DNA of 50,920 bases, from positions 1-50,920 of the forward strand of contig CBFIFN010000002.1 in NCBI GenBank assembly GCA_965661885.1. Reading direction: 5' to 3'. Made by a program: the position numbers and the translations under genes. Numbering within the stretch: position 1 is the first letter of the stretch; every line of letters begins with the position of its first letter. Under the pieces are notes generated by a model. The model was given only the letters and a program-made list of their open reading frames with translations. It searched no databases and was not told where the DNA came from. Positions 19,301 through 28,113 of the stretch are shown here, piece after piece. This stretch comes from an uncultured Burkholderiales bacterium (lineage in GTDB: Bacteria; Pseudomonadota; Gammaproteobacteria; Burkholderiales; Eutrophovitaceae).

Positions 19301-19742
19301 ACACGCACCTGCATTGCTGCCAAATGATTATTGTCCAGACATTCACGAACGTCTCATAATTTACAAGAGACTGGCGAGTGCCTCCACTACTTCGGAATTG
19401 GAAAAGATTGAAGAAGAGCTAATTGACCGTTTCGGATTACCAACGGATGAGACGAGAACGTTATTAGCCTCACACCAATTGAGAATCACAGGTAAGGCAC
19501 TAGGTATTTTTAAAATTGACTCGTCATCTCATAAAACGACGATCGTTTTTCATGATGACCCTTTAGTCGACCCCATGGATATTATTGCATTAGTGCAAAG
19601 CAGGCCCGATGTAAGGTTCTCAGGGCCGACCAAACTCGTCTGCGAACATGACGATTACGATTTGATTGAAGAACGAGCAAAGTTCATTCATCTTCTAGTA
19701 GCGAAACTTACACCACGGACAACTAAATCCAAGCTAGTTTGA
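16308..19742 (+). CDS. mfd: Transcription-repair coupling factor
   Basis: 1144 aa. Helicase motifs GDVGFGKTEVA and DEEHRFG, and a CarD-like segment (GDPIVHIQHGIGRY). Confidence 0.95.
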   Translation: MDISLKLPKNGQRHSQTINSRSGLSLLVANTFESRKSPLAIICQKASEANRLVEEIKFFNKDLRVHLFPDWETLPYDTFSPHQDLISQRLETLYQVDNKNIDILIVPVVTTLCYLPPRDFLNSYVFFLKTKEKLDLNTFREKLLRASYSPVSQVVAPGEYAIKGGIIDIFPMGSVLPYRIDLFDTEIDSIRTFDVDTQRSIYKVNEIRLLPAKEFPTDETARTRFRSQYREIIEGDPSKSLIYREVSKGSNPPGIEYYLPLFFESVSPLLSYLDEDWTLILEGDLSSGIREFWNDSTSRYKLLRGDAERPLLDPSKLFLSEEKFFDEISNLSRISIKTTEEPDAYFSVLPDLSINRRLQDPLINLRTFLFEHTGNAILIADSPGRRETIKSLCHDHSIATIDIDSWSEIPNTAGKLAIATGLIDHGFILLDGSLAVITESELYPQQTRTRNKREQKVSTENLVRDLSEIRKGDPIVHIQHGIGRYKELVILDLGEGSTEFLAIEYADQDILYVPVSQLEIISRYSGGPPETAPVHRLGSEKWDKAKKKAAKKIRDTAAELLNIYAQRASKKGLSRRLDENGYAAFCEDFPFTVTRDQNRAIEETLLDLKSDKPMDRLICGDVGFGKTEVALRAAYVAVADSAQVAVLVPTTLLAEQHFQTFTDRFSNLPVEVRELSRFRTKKEVTETIEGLKTGKIDIVIGTHKLLSKELKFSDLGLIIVDEEHRFGVRHKEALKALRAETDILTLTATPIPRTLAMSMEGLRDFSVITTPPEKRLSIKTFVMSFSRGIIREAVLRELKRGGQIYYLHNEVSTIEREREKLNELLPEASIRVAHGQMHERELEFVMRDFYQGRFNILLCTTIIETGIDIPTANTIIINRAEKFGLAQLHQLRGRVGRSHHQAYAYLMTTDGVKLKGPASKRLEAIQLMEDLGSGFFLAMHDLEIRGAGEVLGDSQSGDLQEIGFQLYVEMLDRAVQSLKAGEEPNIDIQIPQGTEILLHAPALLPNDYCPDIHERLIIYKRLASASTTSELEKIEEELIDRFGLPTDETRTLLASHQLRITGKALGIFKIDSSSHKTTIVFHDDPLVDPMDIIALVQSRPDVRFSGPTKLVCEHDDYDLIEERAKFIHLLVAKLTPRTTKSKLV

Positions 19743-19745
19743 TGA

Positions 19746-20066
19746 CTAGTCCCACCTACTATCGCGTAGAAATAAATCGCCATTTTCTATTTTTAAAGGA
19801 AAGGTGGCTGTTGCTTCCCAAGCTGGAGCACTAAGAGCCTCTCCAGTCTTGACTGAGAACCTAGCGCCGTGCCTGGGGCAAATAACCTCGTCGCCCTCCA
19901 AGGGACAGCCACTCAAAACCGCTCCGTCGTGGGTACAAATGTCCTCAATCGCGAAGAACTCTCCGTCAACATTGTATATAACGACAATCGTGCCATCTAA
20001 ATCAATCTGCTTCCAACTTCCACAGTCAATTTCCTCTACCGAGAAAGCTCTTTGCCAATCACTCAT
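19746..20066 (-). CDS. Rieske-type [2Fe-2S] ferredoxin (small, stand-alone)
   Basis: 106 aa. Rieske ligand motifs C-T-H and C-P-R-H (ICTHDGAVL...VICPRHGARF). Last gene of the suf array. Confidence 0.8.
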   Translation of the reverse strand: MSDWQRAFSVEEIDCGSWKQIDLDGTIVVIYNVDGEFFAIEDICTHDGAVLSGCPLEGDEVICPRHGARFSVKTGEALSAPAWEATATFPLKIENGDLFLRDSRWD

Positions 20067-20110
20067 GGGCTGCTCTCTTGTTTCCTCAATATTAATTCAA
20101 AAGGTTAAAT

Positions 20111-20680
20111 TTAAACCGCGATAACGTCTATATTAGGATCTATCTCACGCACTAAACTTGTAATACCGGCCAGGGTTCCAGAAAGTGAACTCGGGCAACT
20201 TCCACAAGCTCCTTGATAATGCACACTCAATACGTTGTCCTCTAAACCCACCACGTAAAGATCTCCCCCGTCGCTTTGGAGATAAGGTCTGACGCGATCG
20301 TCTAAGAGTTCATTAATTTGCAATAGTGTGGACCGCTCGGTCTCTGTGAGATTAGATTCATCAGTTTGCAACCAAGACGCCGTTTCGGACGCTTCCTGTG
20401 ACACCTCCGCGGCAGGAGGTGCTGATCGGATAGGGTCGGCTAGAGTGCGCATCAGGTCTTTCCAGTCCGCACTTCCATCTTGTGTGACCGTTATCCAATT
20501 ATCCACATAAAAAACCGACACCACACTCTCAACTTGAAACAACTTGGTCGCTAGATCATCCCCAACCGCCTCATCAATTGACTCAAATGACTTCGCGACG
20601 CCATAACTGATAGGTTCTTTAAGCACAAATTTTCTGGCATTCGGATTGGGTGTGACTTCTAAATCAGCAATTTTTGGCAT
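20111..20680 (-). CDS. Nfu/NifU-type Fe-S cluster carrier (Nfu_N domain plus NifU C-terminal domain)
   Basis: 189 aa. N-terminal Nfu_N-like segment (PNPNARKFVL) and C-terminal CXXC (GACGSCPSS). Confidence 0.8.
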   Translation of the reverse strand: MPKIADLEVTPNPNARKFVLKEPISYGVAKSFESIDEAVGDDLATKLFQVESVVSVFYVDNWITVTQDGSADWKDLMRTLADPIRSAPPAAEVSQEASETASWLQTDESNLTETERSTLLQINELLDDRVRPYLQSDGGDLYVVGLEDNVLSVHYQGACGSCPSSLSGTLAGITSLVREIDPNIDVIAV

Positions 20681-20691
20681 ATGTTTTTAAT

Positions 20692-21177
20692 TTAACCTTT
20701 CGTAGTTCCTGAGCCTGGAACTGGGTCTTTATCTCCCTCTGTAGAAATTTCAGTTTGAGAGTTAATAGCAGCAATTAACGTATGCCAAGGTAACAACGCG
20801 CACTTCACTCGCGAAGGCAGATCGCGGATACCAGAGAAAACAGCGAGGCTACCAAGAGCCTTTCCGCGGTCCGCCCCGTCCGGCTCGGTTGTTAGAACTC
20901 TAAATTGCTCAGTCATGTCAAGAGCCTCTGCACAAACCTTACCTTTCACTTTAGCTGTCATCATTGACCCTGAGGCCATGCATATGGCACAGCTTTCGCC
21001 TTCGTACTGAATATCTTCTATTTTCTCATTGACAACATTCATGCTGACCAAAATATGATCACCACATAAAGGATTGATTCCCTCGGCCTTGTGTGTAGGC
21101 TCAGGTAGCGTTCCCCAGTTGCGAGGTTTTTTACAATGATCGAGGATAACCTCTTGGTACATTTGTTTCGAACTCAT
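20692..21177 (-). CDS. sufU: SUF-system NifU-family sulfur transfer/scaffold protein SufU
   Basis: 161 aa. Cys ligands in PLCGD, ESCAIC and PSRVKCALLPW. This matches the SufU pattern (like B. subtilis FPARIKCATL) rather than the IscU LPPVK pattern. Confidence 0.85.
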   Translation of the reverse strand: MSSKQMYQEVILDHCKKPRNWGTLPEPTHKAEGINPLCGDHILVSMNVVNEKIEDIQYEGESCAICMASGSMMTAKVKGKVCAEALDMTEQFRVLTTEPDGADRGKALGSLAVFSGIRDLPSRVKCALLPWHTLIAAINSQTEISTEGDKDPVPGSGTTKG

Positions 21178-21189
21178 CTAATTACTTTC

Positions 21190-22440
21190 CTAATTAAATA
21201 ATTTTTGCGCGCTTCGGACCGACGTTACAAGCCTATCAATATCTTCCAACGTGTTGTATAAATAAAACGACGCACGAGTGGTTGCTGGCACCTTGTAACG
21301 GATCATGACTGGCTGTGCACAATGATGACCCGCTCGAACTGCGACCCCGTCGTCGCTCAACAGAGTTCCCATGTCGTGCGGATGCACGCCCTTCACATTA
21401 AAGGAAATCACACCTGCTTTATTCGGTGCCGTCCCATAAACCGTTAAATTATCAATTTGCATTAGCGCCTCTGTTGCCTTAACAGTTAACATGTCCTCAT
21501 GCCTTGCAATATTATCAAGGCCAACCGACTCCAAATATTTAATAGCCTCTCCCAAACCGATTGCGGCAACAATCGGCGGAGTCCCCGCTTCAAACTTAGC
21601 GGGAATATCCGCGTATGTAGTTTTTTCAAAGGTCACTGAAAGAATCATATCCCCACCACCTTCATAAGGGTTCATTCTCTCAAGTAATTCACGCTTCCCA
21701 TACAGGATTCCAATCCCAGTTGGCCCACAGACCTTATGTCCGGAAAATATATAAAAATCGCAATCAAGCTCTTGAACGTCAACCTTCATATGAGGTGCTC
21801 CCTGAGCGCCATCAACCAAAACGGGGACATTTTTTTTGTGTGCAACCGACACCATTTTTTTAATGGGATTGATTGTTCCGAGTACGTTGGAAACATGAGT
21901 GACTGCTACGATTTTTGTTCTATCGCTCAGCAATCGCTCATACTGATCAAAGTCGAGCTCACCTTCGTCCGTGATCGGTATGACTTTTAAAATCGCGCCT
22001 GTTTCCTCGCAAAGTTGCTGCCAAGGCACGATATTTGAATGATGTTCCATGTGTGAAATTAGTATCTCATCACCCTCGCCTATGAACGCACGACCGAATG
22101 CATGCGCCACTAAATTAATCGCGTGCGTTGTTCCCTTCGTGAAAATTACTTGTGAGGAATCTGCAACATTTAAAAACTTAGCGACAATTGATCGTGAATT
22201 CTCATAAGAAGCGGTTGCTTGCTCCGACAACGTATAAACTCCTCGATGAATATTGGCATGCTCATTTTGGTGATAGTGATTTATCCGATCAATCACAGAT
22301 TGGGGCATCTGCGAACTCGCTCCGCTGTCTAGATATACCAAAGGCATTTTATTGCTTTCGCTATGAAGCACTGGAAAATCCCTCTTTATTCTCTCTACAT
22401 CTAATTCCGAACCACTCTCTTTACTCATTATTTTTTCCAT
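21190..22440 (-). CDS. sufS: Class II cysteine desulfurase SufS
   Basis: 416 aa. PLP-Lys motif SGHKVCGPTGIG and active-site motif RAGHHCAQP. Confidence 0.95.
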   Translation of the reverse strand: MEKIMSKESGSELDVERIKRDFPVLHSESNKMPLVYLDSGASSQMPQSVIDRINHYHQNEHANIHRGVYTLSEQATASYENSRSIVAKFLNVADSSQVIFTKGTTHAINLVAHAFGRAFIGEGDEILISHMEHHSNIVPWQQLCEETGAILKVIPITDEGELDFDQYERLLSDRTKIVAVTHVSNVLGTINPIKKMVSVAHKKNVPVLVDGAQGAPHMKVDVQELDCDFYIFSGHKVCGPTGIGILYGKRELLERMNPYEGGGDMILSVTFEKTTYADIPAKFEAGTPPIVAAIGLGEAIKYLESVGLDNIARHEDMLTVKATEALMQIDNLTVYGTAPNKAGVISFNVKGVHPHDMGTLLSDDGVAVRAGHHCAQPVMIRYKVPATTRASFYLYNTLEDIDRLVTSVRSAQKLFN

Positions 22441-22457
22441 ATCTGACTAGCCTTTCT

Positions 22458-23765
22458 TCATGCTCGAGTTTGTTGCTTTATATAACTTTCGATAACACCT
22501 GCTAGGGACTTGATCGGCAGGTCATCTATAACCTCCTTAGCAAACGCATAATTTAATAAATTACGTGCCACAGCATCATCAAGCCCTCTTGTTTTCAAAT
22601 AAAACAATTCATCATCACTCACCTGGCCCACTGTCGCGCCGTGGGCACACTTGACATCATCAGCGAATATCTCCAGTTCCGGCTTGGCATCCACAGACGC
22701 TCGAGCACTCAGCAACAGATTTCGATTTTGTTGACTGGAATTAGTTTGTTGCGCATCTTGATGGACTTTGACCTTTCCGTTAAAAACAACTTTAGATCGC
22801 CCTCCAGCTATTGTCTTGTGAACCTGATTCGACTGACCATGCGGCTTTGTGTGCTCAATGCACGAATGGGTGTCCACAATTCTTTTGTCGTGCCCGAGAG
22901 CCAAACCTTTTATTTCAATGTGTCCACCCTCCTCACGCTGACGAGTTACTAAGTTATGTCTTGAAACTGCGCCTCCGACACTGACTGACCAATTGCGGTA
23001 AACAGCACCGTTGTCCACACCAACATGAGTGTGTGAAATATGAAATGCGCTATCGTCATCGCGTTGAAGCTTGACGTGTATCACTTCGGCTCCTGCAGAT
23101 ATTGACAGCTCCGAAACGGCATTTGTCATGTAAGCAAATCCCCCCAAGCCCATATAATCTTCAAGAATACAAATTCTTGCTTGCTTCTCCGCTAGAAGCA
23201 GTAACCTCGGATGATTAAACGTATGCTTACCCGTACTGATATTCACAACGTGAATAGTCTCCATCTCAATGCCATCGTTGTCTGCATGAACGACCACGAG
23301 ATCTTTGAATAAAGCTGTGTTCATCTCACAAAAAGCACTGATGCCATCCCCACCAACATTATTGAGTTGCTGCTCTAGTCTCTCCCGAAGAAGCTCGTCG
23401 CCGAGAGCAGACTTCAGATCGGTAACCCGGATTTTTGTTTTCGCTGCATTCGTACGACTTAACTCTGGGGAATAGATACCATCAACTAGAACAATAGCGC
23501 TTGAAGCCTCAGCTATTAAGAACGTTTTTACGACAGAAGCATCAATTGCCGCCCCGTCATCAGGAGAGCTCAATGTATTTTTATAAAGCGAGGTTAGGTC
23601 AGTGAAACGCCACTCCTCCTCCTCACTGGTTGGTAATGCATGTTCTTTAAGGACCACTCTGGCTTCTAATTGACGCTGCCTTAGCCACTTTCCCTTCGGC
23701 GAATCGACAGTTACACCCTCACCTTCCAGCAAACTTGCCGTGAACTCAACAGAACGATCGCTCAT
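22458..23765 (-). CDS. sufD: Fe-S cluster assembly protein SufD
   Basis: 435 aa. SufB/D beta-helix C-terminal pattern. 4-nt overlap with sufC. Confidence 0.9.
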   Translation of the reverse strand: MSDRSVEFTASLLEGEGVTVDSPKGKWLRQRQLEARVVLKEHALPTSEEEEWRFTDLTSLYKNTLSSPDDGAAIDASVVKTFLIAEASSAIVLVDGIYSPELSRTNAAKTKIRVTDLKSALGDELLRERLEQQLNNVGGDGISAFCEMNTALFKDLVVVHADNDGIEMETIHVVNISTGKHTFNHPRLLLLAEKQARICILEDYMGLGGFAYMTNAVSELSISAGAEVIHVKLQRDDDSAFHISHTHVGVDNGAVYRNWSVSVGGAVSRHNLVTRQREEGGHIEIKGLALGHDKRIVDTHSCIEHTKPHGQSNQVHKTIAGGRSKVVFNGKVKVHQDAQQTNSSQQNRNLLLSARASVDAKPELEIFADDVKCAHGATVGQVSDDELFYLKTRGLDDAVARNLLNYAFAKEVIDDLPIKSLAGVIESYIKQQTRA

Positions 23766-24547
23766 GACACGCTCGACTTATTCTCTTCAAGAATCCACTC
23801 GTACCCTCTTGACTCTAGCTCGTGTGCAAGGGACTTATCACCAGTTTTTATGATGCGACCACCGTCCACCACGTGAATAAAATCCGGCTCAATATAGTTT
23901 AACAAACGTTGATAATGCGTAACTAATACAACCGCGTCATTGTCTCCATGCAACGTATTAACACCATTGGCTACTACCCTCAAAGCGTCAATATCTAAAC
24001 CCGAGTCAGTCTCATCTAGAATCGCTAGCTTGGGCTCTAGAATCGCCATCTGGAGAATTTCATTTCGTTTCTTTTCGCCACCAGAAAACCCCTCATTCAA
24101 ACTTCTTTCTAAGAACTCTGCGTCCATGTCCAGTAACTTGAGTTTGCTCTGTATATAATCGTCAAATTCCAACGGGTCCAATTCCTCTCCACCACGCGCC
24201 ATTTGAACAGTGTTGTAGGCCAATCGCAGAAAAGCACCATTAGTTACACCGGGAACCTCAACAGGGTATTGAAACCCCAAGAAGATGCCCAACTTCGCTC
24301 TCTCGTCTGGTTCCAGATCCATCAGATTTTTACCTTGAAATTCTAAAGTGCCACCACTGACAGTGTAAGACGGGTGACCGGCAACGACTTTAGAAAACGT
24401 ACTTTTACCTGACCCATTAGGGCCCATGATCGCATGTATCTCCCCTGCTTTAACGGTAATGTCGAAGCCATTTAAGATTTGCGTATCGTCGATACTTGCG
24501 GTTAGTTCCCGAGCACTCAATATTGTTTCCGCATTATTAATAATCAT
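23762..24547 (-). CDS. sufC: Fe-S cluster assembly ATPase SufC
   Basis: Walker [10 protein letters not shown], signature [11 protein letters not shown], Walker [11 protein letters not shown]. Confidence 0.95.
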   Translation of the reverse strand: MIINNAETILSARELTASIDDTQILNGFDITVKAGEIHAIMGPNGSGKSTFSKVVAGHPSYTVSGGTLEFQGKNLMDLEPDERAKLGIFLGFQYPVEVPGVTNGAFLRLAYNTVQMARGGEELDPLEFDDYIQSKLKLLDMDAEFLERSLNEGFSGGEKKRNEILQMAILEPKLAILDETDSGLDIDALRVVANGVNTLHGDNDAVVLVTHYQRLLNYIEPDFIHVVDGGRIIKTGDKSLAHELESRGYEWILEENKSSVS

Positions 24548-25980
24548 CCCACGCTTCCTTCTAGTTTTAGACCGAGTAGTTTTGTTGCCTCGACCGCAAA
24601 CTCCATGGGCAAGTGCATAAATACATCTCTAACGAATCCATTAATAATCATTGACACTGCTTCCTCAGAGTCGATACCTCGACTCAGAAAGTAAAAGAGC
24701 TGCTCCTCACCAATCTTGGATGTACTGGCCTCATGCTCTACTGTTGCACTTTTATTACCAACCTCGATGTAAGGAAAAGTATTGGCGCCGCACAAATCAC
24801 CGATCAACATCGAATCACATTGTGAGTAATTCCTAGCTCCATCAGCTTTTGGAGACACTTTTACCAAACCTCGATAACTATTGTTTGATTTTCCTGCAGA
24901 AATTCCTTTGCTGATAATCCGGCTACGTGTGTTTTTACCGATATGAAACATTTTTGTCCCAGTATCGGCTTGTTGCATATTATTGGTCAGAGCCACTGAA
25001 TAAAATTCGCCAATCGAATTGTCCCCGAGCAAAACGCATGAGGGATATTTCCAAGTCACTGCTGACCCTGTTTCCACCTGAGTCCAGGAGATTTTTGAGT
25101 TTTTACCTTTACATAGACCTCTTTTCGTTACGAAATTAAAGATCCCGCCAACTCCGTTCTCATCTCCGGCATACCAATTTTGAACCGTCGAGTACTTAAT
25201 GTCTGCATCATCAAGCGCCACAAGCTCAACCACAGCAGCATGCAACTGATTGGTATCAAATTGTGGTGCGGTACACCCCTCTAAATAAGAAACTTGGCTG
25301 CCTTCCTCAGCCACGATCAAGGTTCTTTCGAACTGCCCTGAATCTTGGGTATTGATACGAAAATAAGTTGACAAATCCATAGGGCATTTCACCCCTTTCG
25401 GGATAAAACAAAAAGAGCCGTCAGTGAACACCGCGGAATTTAGCGCGGAATAAAAGTTGTCGGTGTATGGCACCACGCTCCCCAGATACTTTTTGATCAG
25501 TTCCGGATAATCTTTAACTGCTTCTGAAAAGGAACAAAAAATGATGCCTTCTTCAGCTAACTTTTCTTTAAAGGTAGTCGTGACTGAAACACTATCGAAC
25601 ACTACATCCACCGCAACCCCGGCTAGTGCTGCCCTCTCATTCATTGGTATTCCGAGTTTCTCGAACGTTTCTAATAATTCAGGATCGACTTCGTCCATTG
25701 ATTTCTTGGTCGCTTTCGCCTTTGGTGCCGAATAGTAAATGATGTCTTGAAAATCGATTTTTGGATACGTCACGTTCGGCCACTTTGGCTCTGTCATCGT
25801 CAACCAATGGCGGTAGGCCTTCAATCGGAATTCCAATAACCATTCAGGCTCATTTTTTTTACTAGATATTGTTCGAATAACATCTTCGTTCAACCCGCGC
25901 TCAACCGAGTCTGTTTCAATGTCCGTGTGAAACCCTGCTTTGTAGGGCTGACTTACAATATTATCTATCGCTGTGCTCAT
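24544..25980 (-). CDS. sufB: Fe-S cluster assembly scaffold SufB
   Basis: Highly conserved SufB sequence. I use the ATG at 25980 (MSTAIDNIV...). The track start at 26025 would overlap sufA by 32 nt. Confidence 0.95.
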   Translation of the reverse strand: MSTAIDNIVSQPYKAGFHTDIETDSVERGLNEDVIRTISSKKNEPEWLLEFRLKAYRHWLTMTEPKWPNVTYPKIDFQDIIYYSAPKAKATKKSMDEVDPELLETFEKLGIPMNERAALAGVAVDVVFDSVSVTTTFKEKLAEEGIIFCSFSEAVKDYPELIKKYLGSVVPYTDNFYSALNSAVFTDGSFCFIPKGVKCPMDLSTYFRINTQDSGQFERTLIVAEEGSQVSYLEGCTAPQFDTNQLHAAVVELVALDDADIKYSTVQNWYAGDENGVGGIFNFVTKRGLCKGKNSKISWTQVETGSAVTWKYPSCVLLGDNSIGEFYSVALTNNMQQADTGTKMFHIGKNTRSRIISKGISAGKSNNSYRGLVKVSPKADGARNYSQCDSMLIGDLCGANTFPYIEVGNKSATVEHEASTSKIGEEQLFYFLSRGIDSEEAVSMIINGFVRDVFMHLPMEFAVEATKLLGLKLEGSVG

Positions 25981-25993
25981 ATTCTTTCTACTC

Positions 25994-26326
25994 TCAGTTA
26001 TTATCTTCAATCGTAAAACTCTCACCGCAACCGCAGGTGGCTGCAGCTTTAGGGTTCTCCACTTTGAACAGTTCGTTCAGCCCTTTTCGCTCGAAATCGA
26101 GCGTCGATCCGTCTAAAAACAACAAATCAGACTTCTTCACGAACACTTTCACATCCATGGACTCAAATATCTCGTCATCTGGCGAGGCCTCAAGCGCCCT
26201 CTCAAACGTGTAACTAAGTCCCGAACATCCAACTGTCTTGACGCCAAAACGCATACCGACGCCTCCGTCCTTCTTCAAGGCTCGTTGGATGTGTTGCGCC
26301 GCCTTTGGTGTAACTTGTATTGTCAT
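25994..26326 (-). CDS. sufA: A-type Fe-S carrier (SufA/IscA/HesB family)
   Basis: 110 aa. Conserved Cys in GCSG and the C-terminal CGCGESF motif. Confidence 0.9.
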   Translation of the reverse strand: MTIQVTPKAAQHIQRALKKDGGVGMRFGVKTVGCSGLSYTFERALEASPDDEIFESMDVKVFVKKSDLLFLDGSTLDFERKGLNELFKVENPKAAATCGCGESFTIEDNN

Positions 26327-26354
26327 AATTAATATTTTTAAACCGTAAGTATTT

Positions 26355-27497
26355 TTAAATCGTAAGTGATACTAAATTGTTTAAACGCGAAACAATCTTT
26401 TCTAGACTCGTGATGAACGCATCGCATTCTTCCATGGTGTTGGTCGGCCCTAAACTAAGACGCACAGCACCGTAAGCAAGTTCCTCTGAAATCCCCATTG
26501 CTTTGAGTGTAGGGCTAATTTCACTGCTATGGCTGGAGCATGCTGAACCGCTTGCTAGAGCAAATCCGGCTTTATTCAACTCCATAACTAACGTTTCCCC
26601 TTGGATTCCCGGCAGAGAAAAATAACTGGTGTTACTCAATCTCGAAGATTGTTGCCCATGAATTACAGCCCCCATCATCGCTAATCGGCGCTCTACTGTT
26701 TCTCGCATCTTACCTACGCGACTTTGGAAAGTTTCTAACTTACCGGGCACTAACGTTGCCGCAACACCAAACCCCACAATGGATGCCACATTCTCGGTCC
26801 CAGAGCGCAAACCAAACTCATGCCCACCGCCTTTGATAAAGGCGCCGATAGGGAGTTTCTTGTCGACGATAAGCGCACCTACACCTTTTGGTCCATTGAG
26901 CTTATGTGCCGAAACGCTCATAGCATGCACTCCTAGATCGGGGAAAGAAACGGGAATCTTCCCTATTGCTTGAATCGCATCTGTGTGCAACCAACCGCCA
27001 GCTCTTCTCACGTTGTCGGCAAGCTTTTTCACGGCTTGCAATACACCCGTTTCATTATTTGCCAACATCACAGACACCAAACAATTCCGTTCAAATGCGC
27101 TGGCTCTTATCTCCTCTACGATAACCTCACCATCTTCCGTCACTGGAAAAACCTCCAATGACCACCCTGACTTGCGAAGTGCTCCGGCCGGACTCATCAC
27201 ACATGGATGCTCAATCGCGCTGATGAAGATTTTTCGGGGCGGGCCATTGGAAGCGAGTCCATTGATGAACATATTGTTCGATTCGGTTCCCCCAGACGTG
27301 AAGATCACTTGGGACGCCTGGACGTCCAAGAGTGATGCCACCTGCTCTCTGGCCACATTGACGGCCTCGCGTGATCTCGTACCAAAATCATGACGGCTCG
27401 ACGCATTACCAAACTCACCTTTTAAAAAAGGCATCATTGCGTCGAGCACAGGTTCTGCTATTCGCGTCGTTGAATTGTGGTCAAAATAAACAGTCAC
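26355..27497 (-). CDS. Class I (NifS/IscS-like) cysteine desulfurase, short form
   Basis: 380 aa. PLP-Lys motif SAHKLNGPKGVG and active-site loop SGSACSS. GTG start preceded by GAGGT. Confidence 0.9.
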   Translation of the reverse strand: MTVYFDHNSTTRIAEPVLDAMMPFLKGEFGNASSRHDFGTRSREAVNVAREQVASLLDVQASQVIFTSGGTESNNMFINGLASNGPPRKIFISAIEHPCVMSPAGALRKSGWSLEVFPVTEDGEVIVEEIRASAFERNCLVSVMLANNETGVLQAVKKLADNVRRAGGWLHTDAIQAIGKIPVSFPDLGVHAMSVSAHKLNGPKGVGALIVDKKLPIGAFIKGGGHEFGLRSGTENVASIVGFGVAATLVPGKLETFQSRVGKMRETVERRLAMMGAVIHGQQSSRLSNTSYFSLPGIQGETLVMELNKAGFALASGSACSSHSSEISPTLKAMGISEELAYGAVRLSLGPTNTMEECDAFITSLEKIVSRLNNLVSLTI

Positions 27498-27542
27498 CCT
27501 ATTACCTCAAAGGCCGATAACAAGGTCAACGCTTGCACAAGA

Positions 27543-27998
27543 TTAAACATTAGCTCTTTTTTCAAACTTGATTTCTTGCATCCCGCTCATTTTAAACGCC
27601 CGCTTTTCTACCAAATCGGCGAGTTTAACGGTATCCATATATTCAAAAATACGTTCATTCAAGCCTGTCCAAAGCTCGTGAGTTATGCACTCTTTATCAT
27701 CTTTACAATTCTTAAGTCCACCGCATTGGGTGGCATCCACTGTTTCATCAACGGCCCTTATAATTTCACCAACAGTGATTGCCTTAACTGATTTACCAAT
27801 GAGGTAACCACCACCTGGACCTCTAACGCTGGTAACAAGTGCACTACGTCTCAACTTTCCGAACAACTGCTCTAAATAAGAAAGCGATATGTGTTGTCTA
27901 TCGCTGATATCACTCAGCGCCACGGGACTCGAACCCGGTTGAAGGGCTATATCCATCATCGCCGTCACGGCAAAACGGCCTTTTGTCGTCAACCTCAT
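27543..27998 (-). CDS. iscR: Rrf2-family Fe-S-sensing transcriptional regulator IscR
   Basis: 151 aa. [11 protein letters not shown] winged-helix N-terminus. Cluster ligands C-x5-C-x5-C-x2-H ([17 protein letters not shown]). Strong SD GGGGAGGGG. Confidence 0.9.
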   Translation of the reverse strand: MRLTTKGRFAVTAMMDIALQPGSSPVALSDISDRQHISLSYLEQLFGKLRRSALVTSVRGPGGGYLIGKSVKAITVGEIIRAVDETVDATQCGGLKNCKDDKECITHELWTGLNERIFEYMDTVKLADLVEKRAFKMSGMQEIKFEKRANV

Positions 27999-28049
27999 TT
28001 ACACCCCTCCCCAGGGCTATTAAAACGTCCATACTACGACTGGTGGAGA

Positions 28050-28078
28050 AGTTTAAAGTTCCCGACTAAATTAGTCAA
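28050..28078 (-). promoter_or_regulatory. Candidate sigma70 promoter of iscR (-35 TTGACT, 17-bp spacer, -10 TAAACT)
   Basis: The -35 hexamer lies inside the IscR box, as expected for autorepression. The -10 matches TATAAT at 4 of 6 positions. Identified by eye only. Confidence 0.35.
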
Positions 28079-28082
28079 CTAT
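28058..28082 (-). promoter_or_regulatory. IscR type-1 binding site
   Basis: The minus-strand sequence ATAGTTGACTAATTTAGTCGGGAAC matches the type-1 consensus ATASYYGACTRWWWYAGTCRRSTAT at 23 of 25 positions by hand count. It is centred about 72 nt upstream of the iscR ATG. Confidence 0.6.
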
Positions 28083-28113
28083 TTGGCTGCTTAAAAAATA
28101 AAGTCGGTAGCAC

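Noticed and set aside
25981-26025. N-terminal extensions in the track that create long overlaps: sufB into sufA, ccmG (38115-38222) into ccmF, the molybdoenzyme (4500-4592), and folD, ispD and ccmF
   Set aside because: In each case a downstream start gives the family-typical N-terminus. For the molybdoenzyme, folD and ccmF an SD-like sequence was also seen upstream, and for sufB and ccmG the long overlap disappears. The extensions begin at weak TTG or upstream codons.
28031-28055. Possible second IscR site (ATACTACGACTGG...) between the first site and the iscR start
   Set aside because: The half-site is shifted by one base relative to the consensus (ATA-N4-GACT instead of ATA-N3-GACT), and the second half does not match. 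It is too weak to call.
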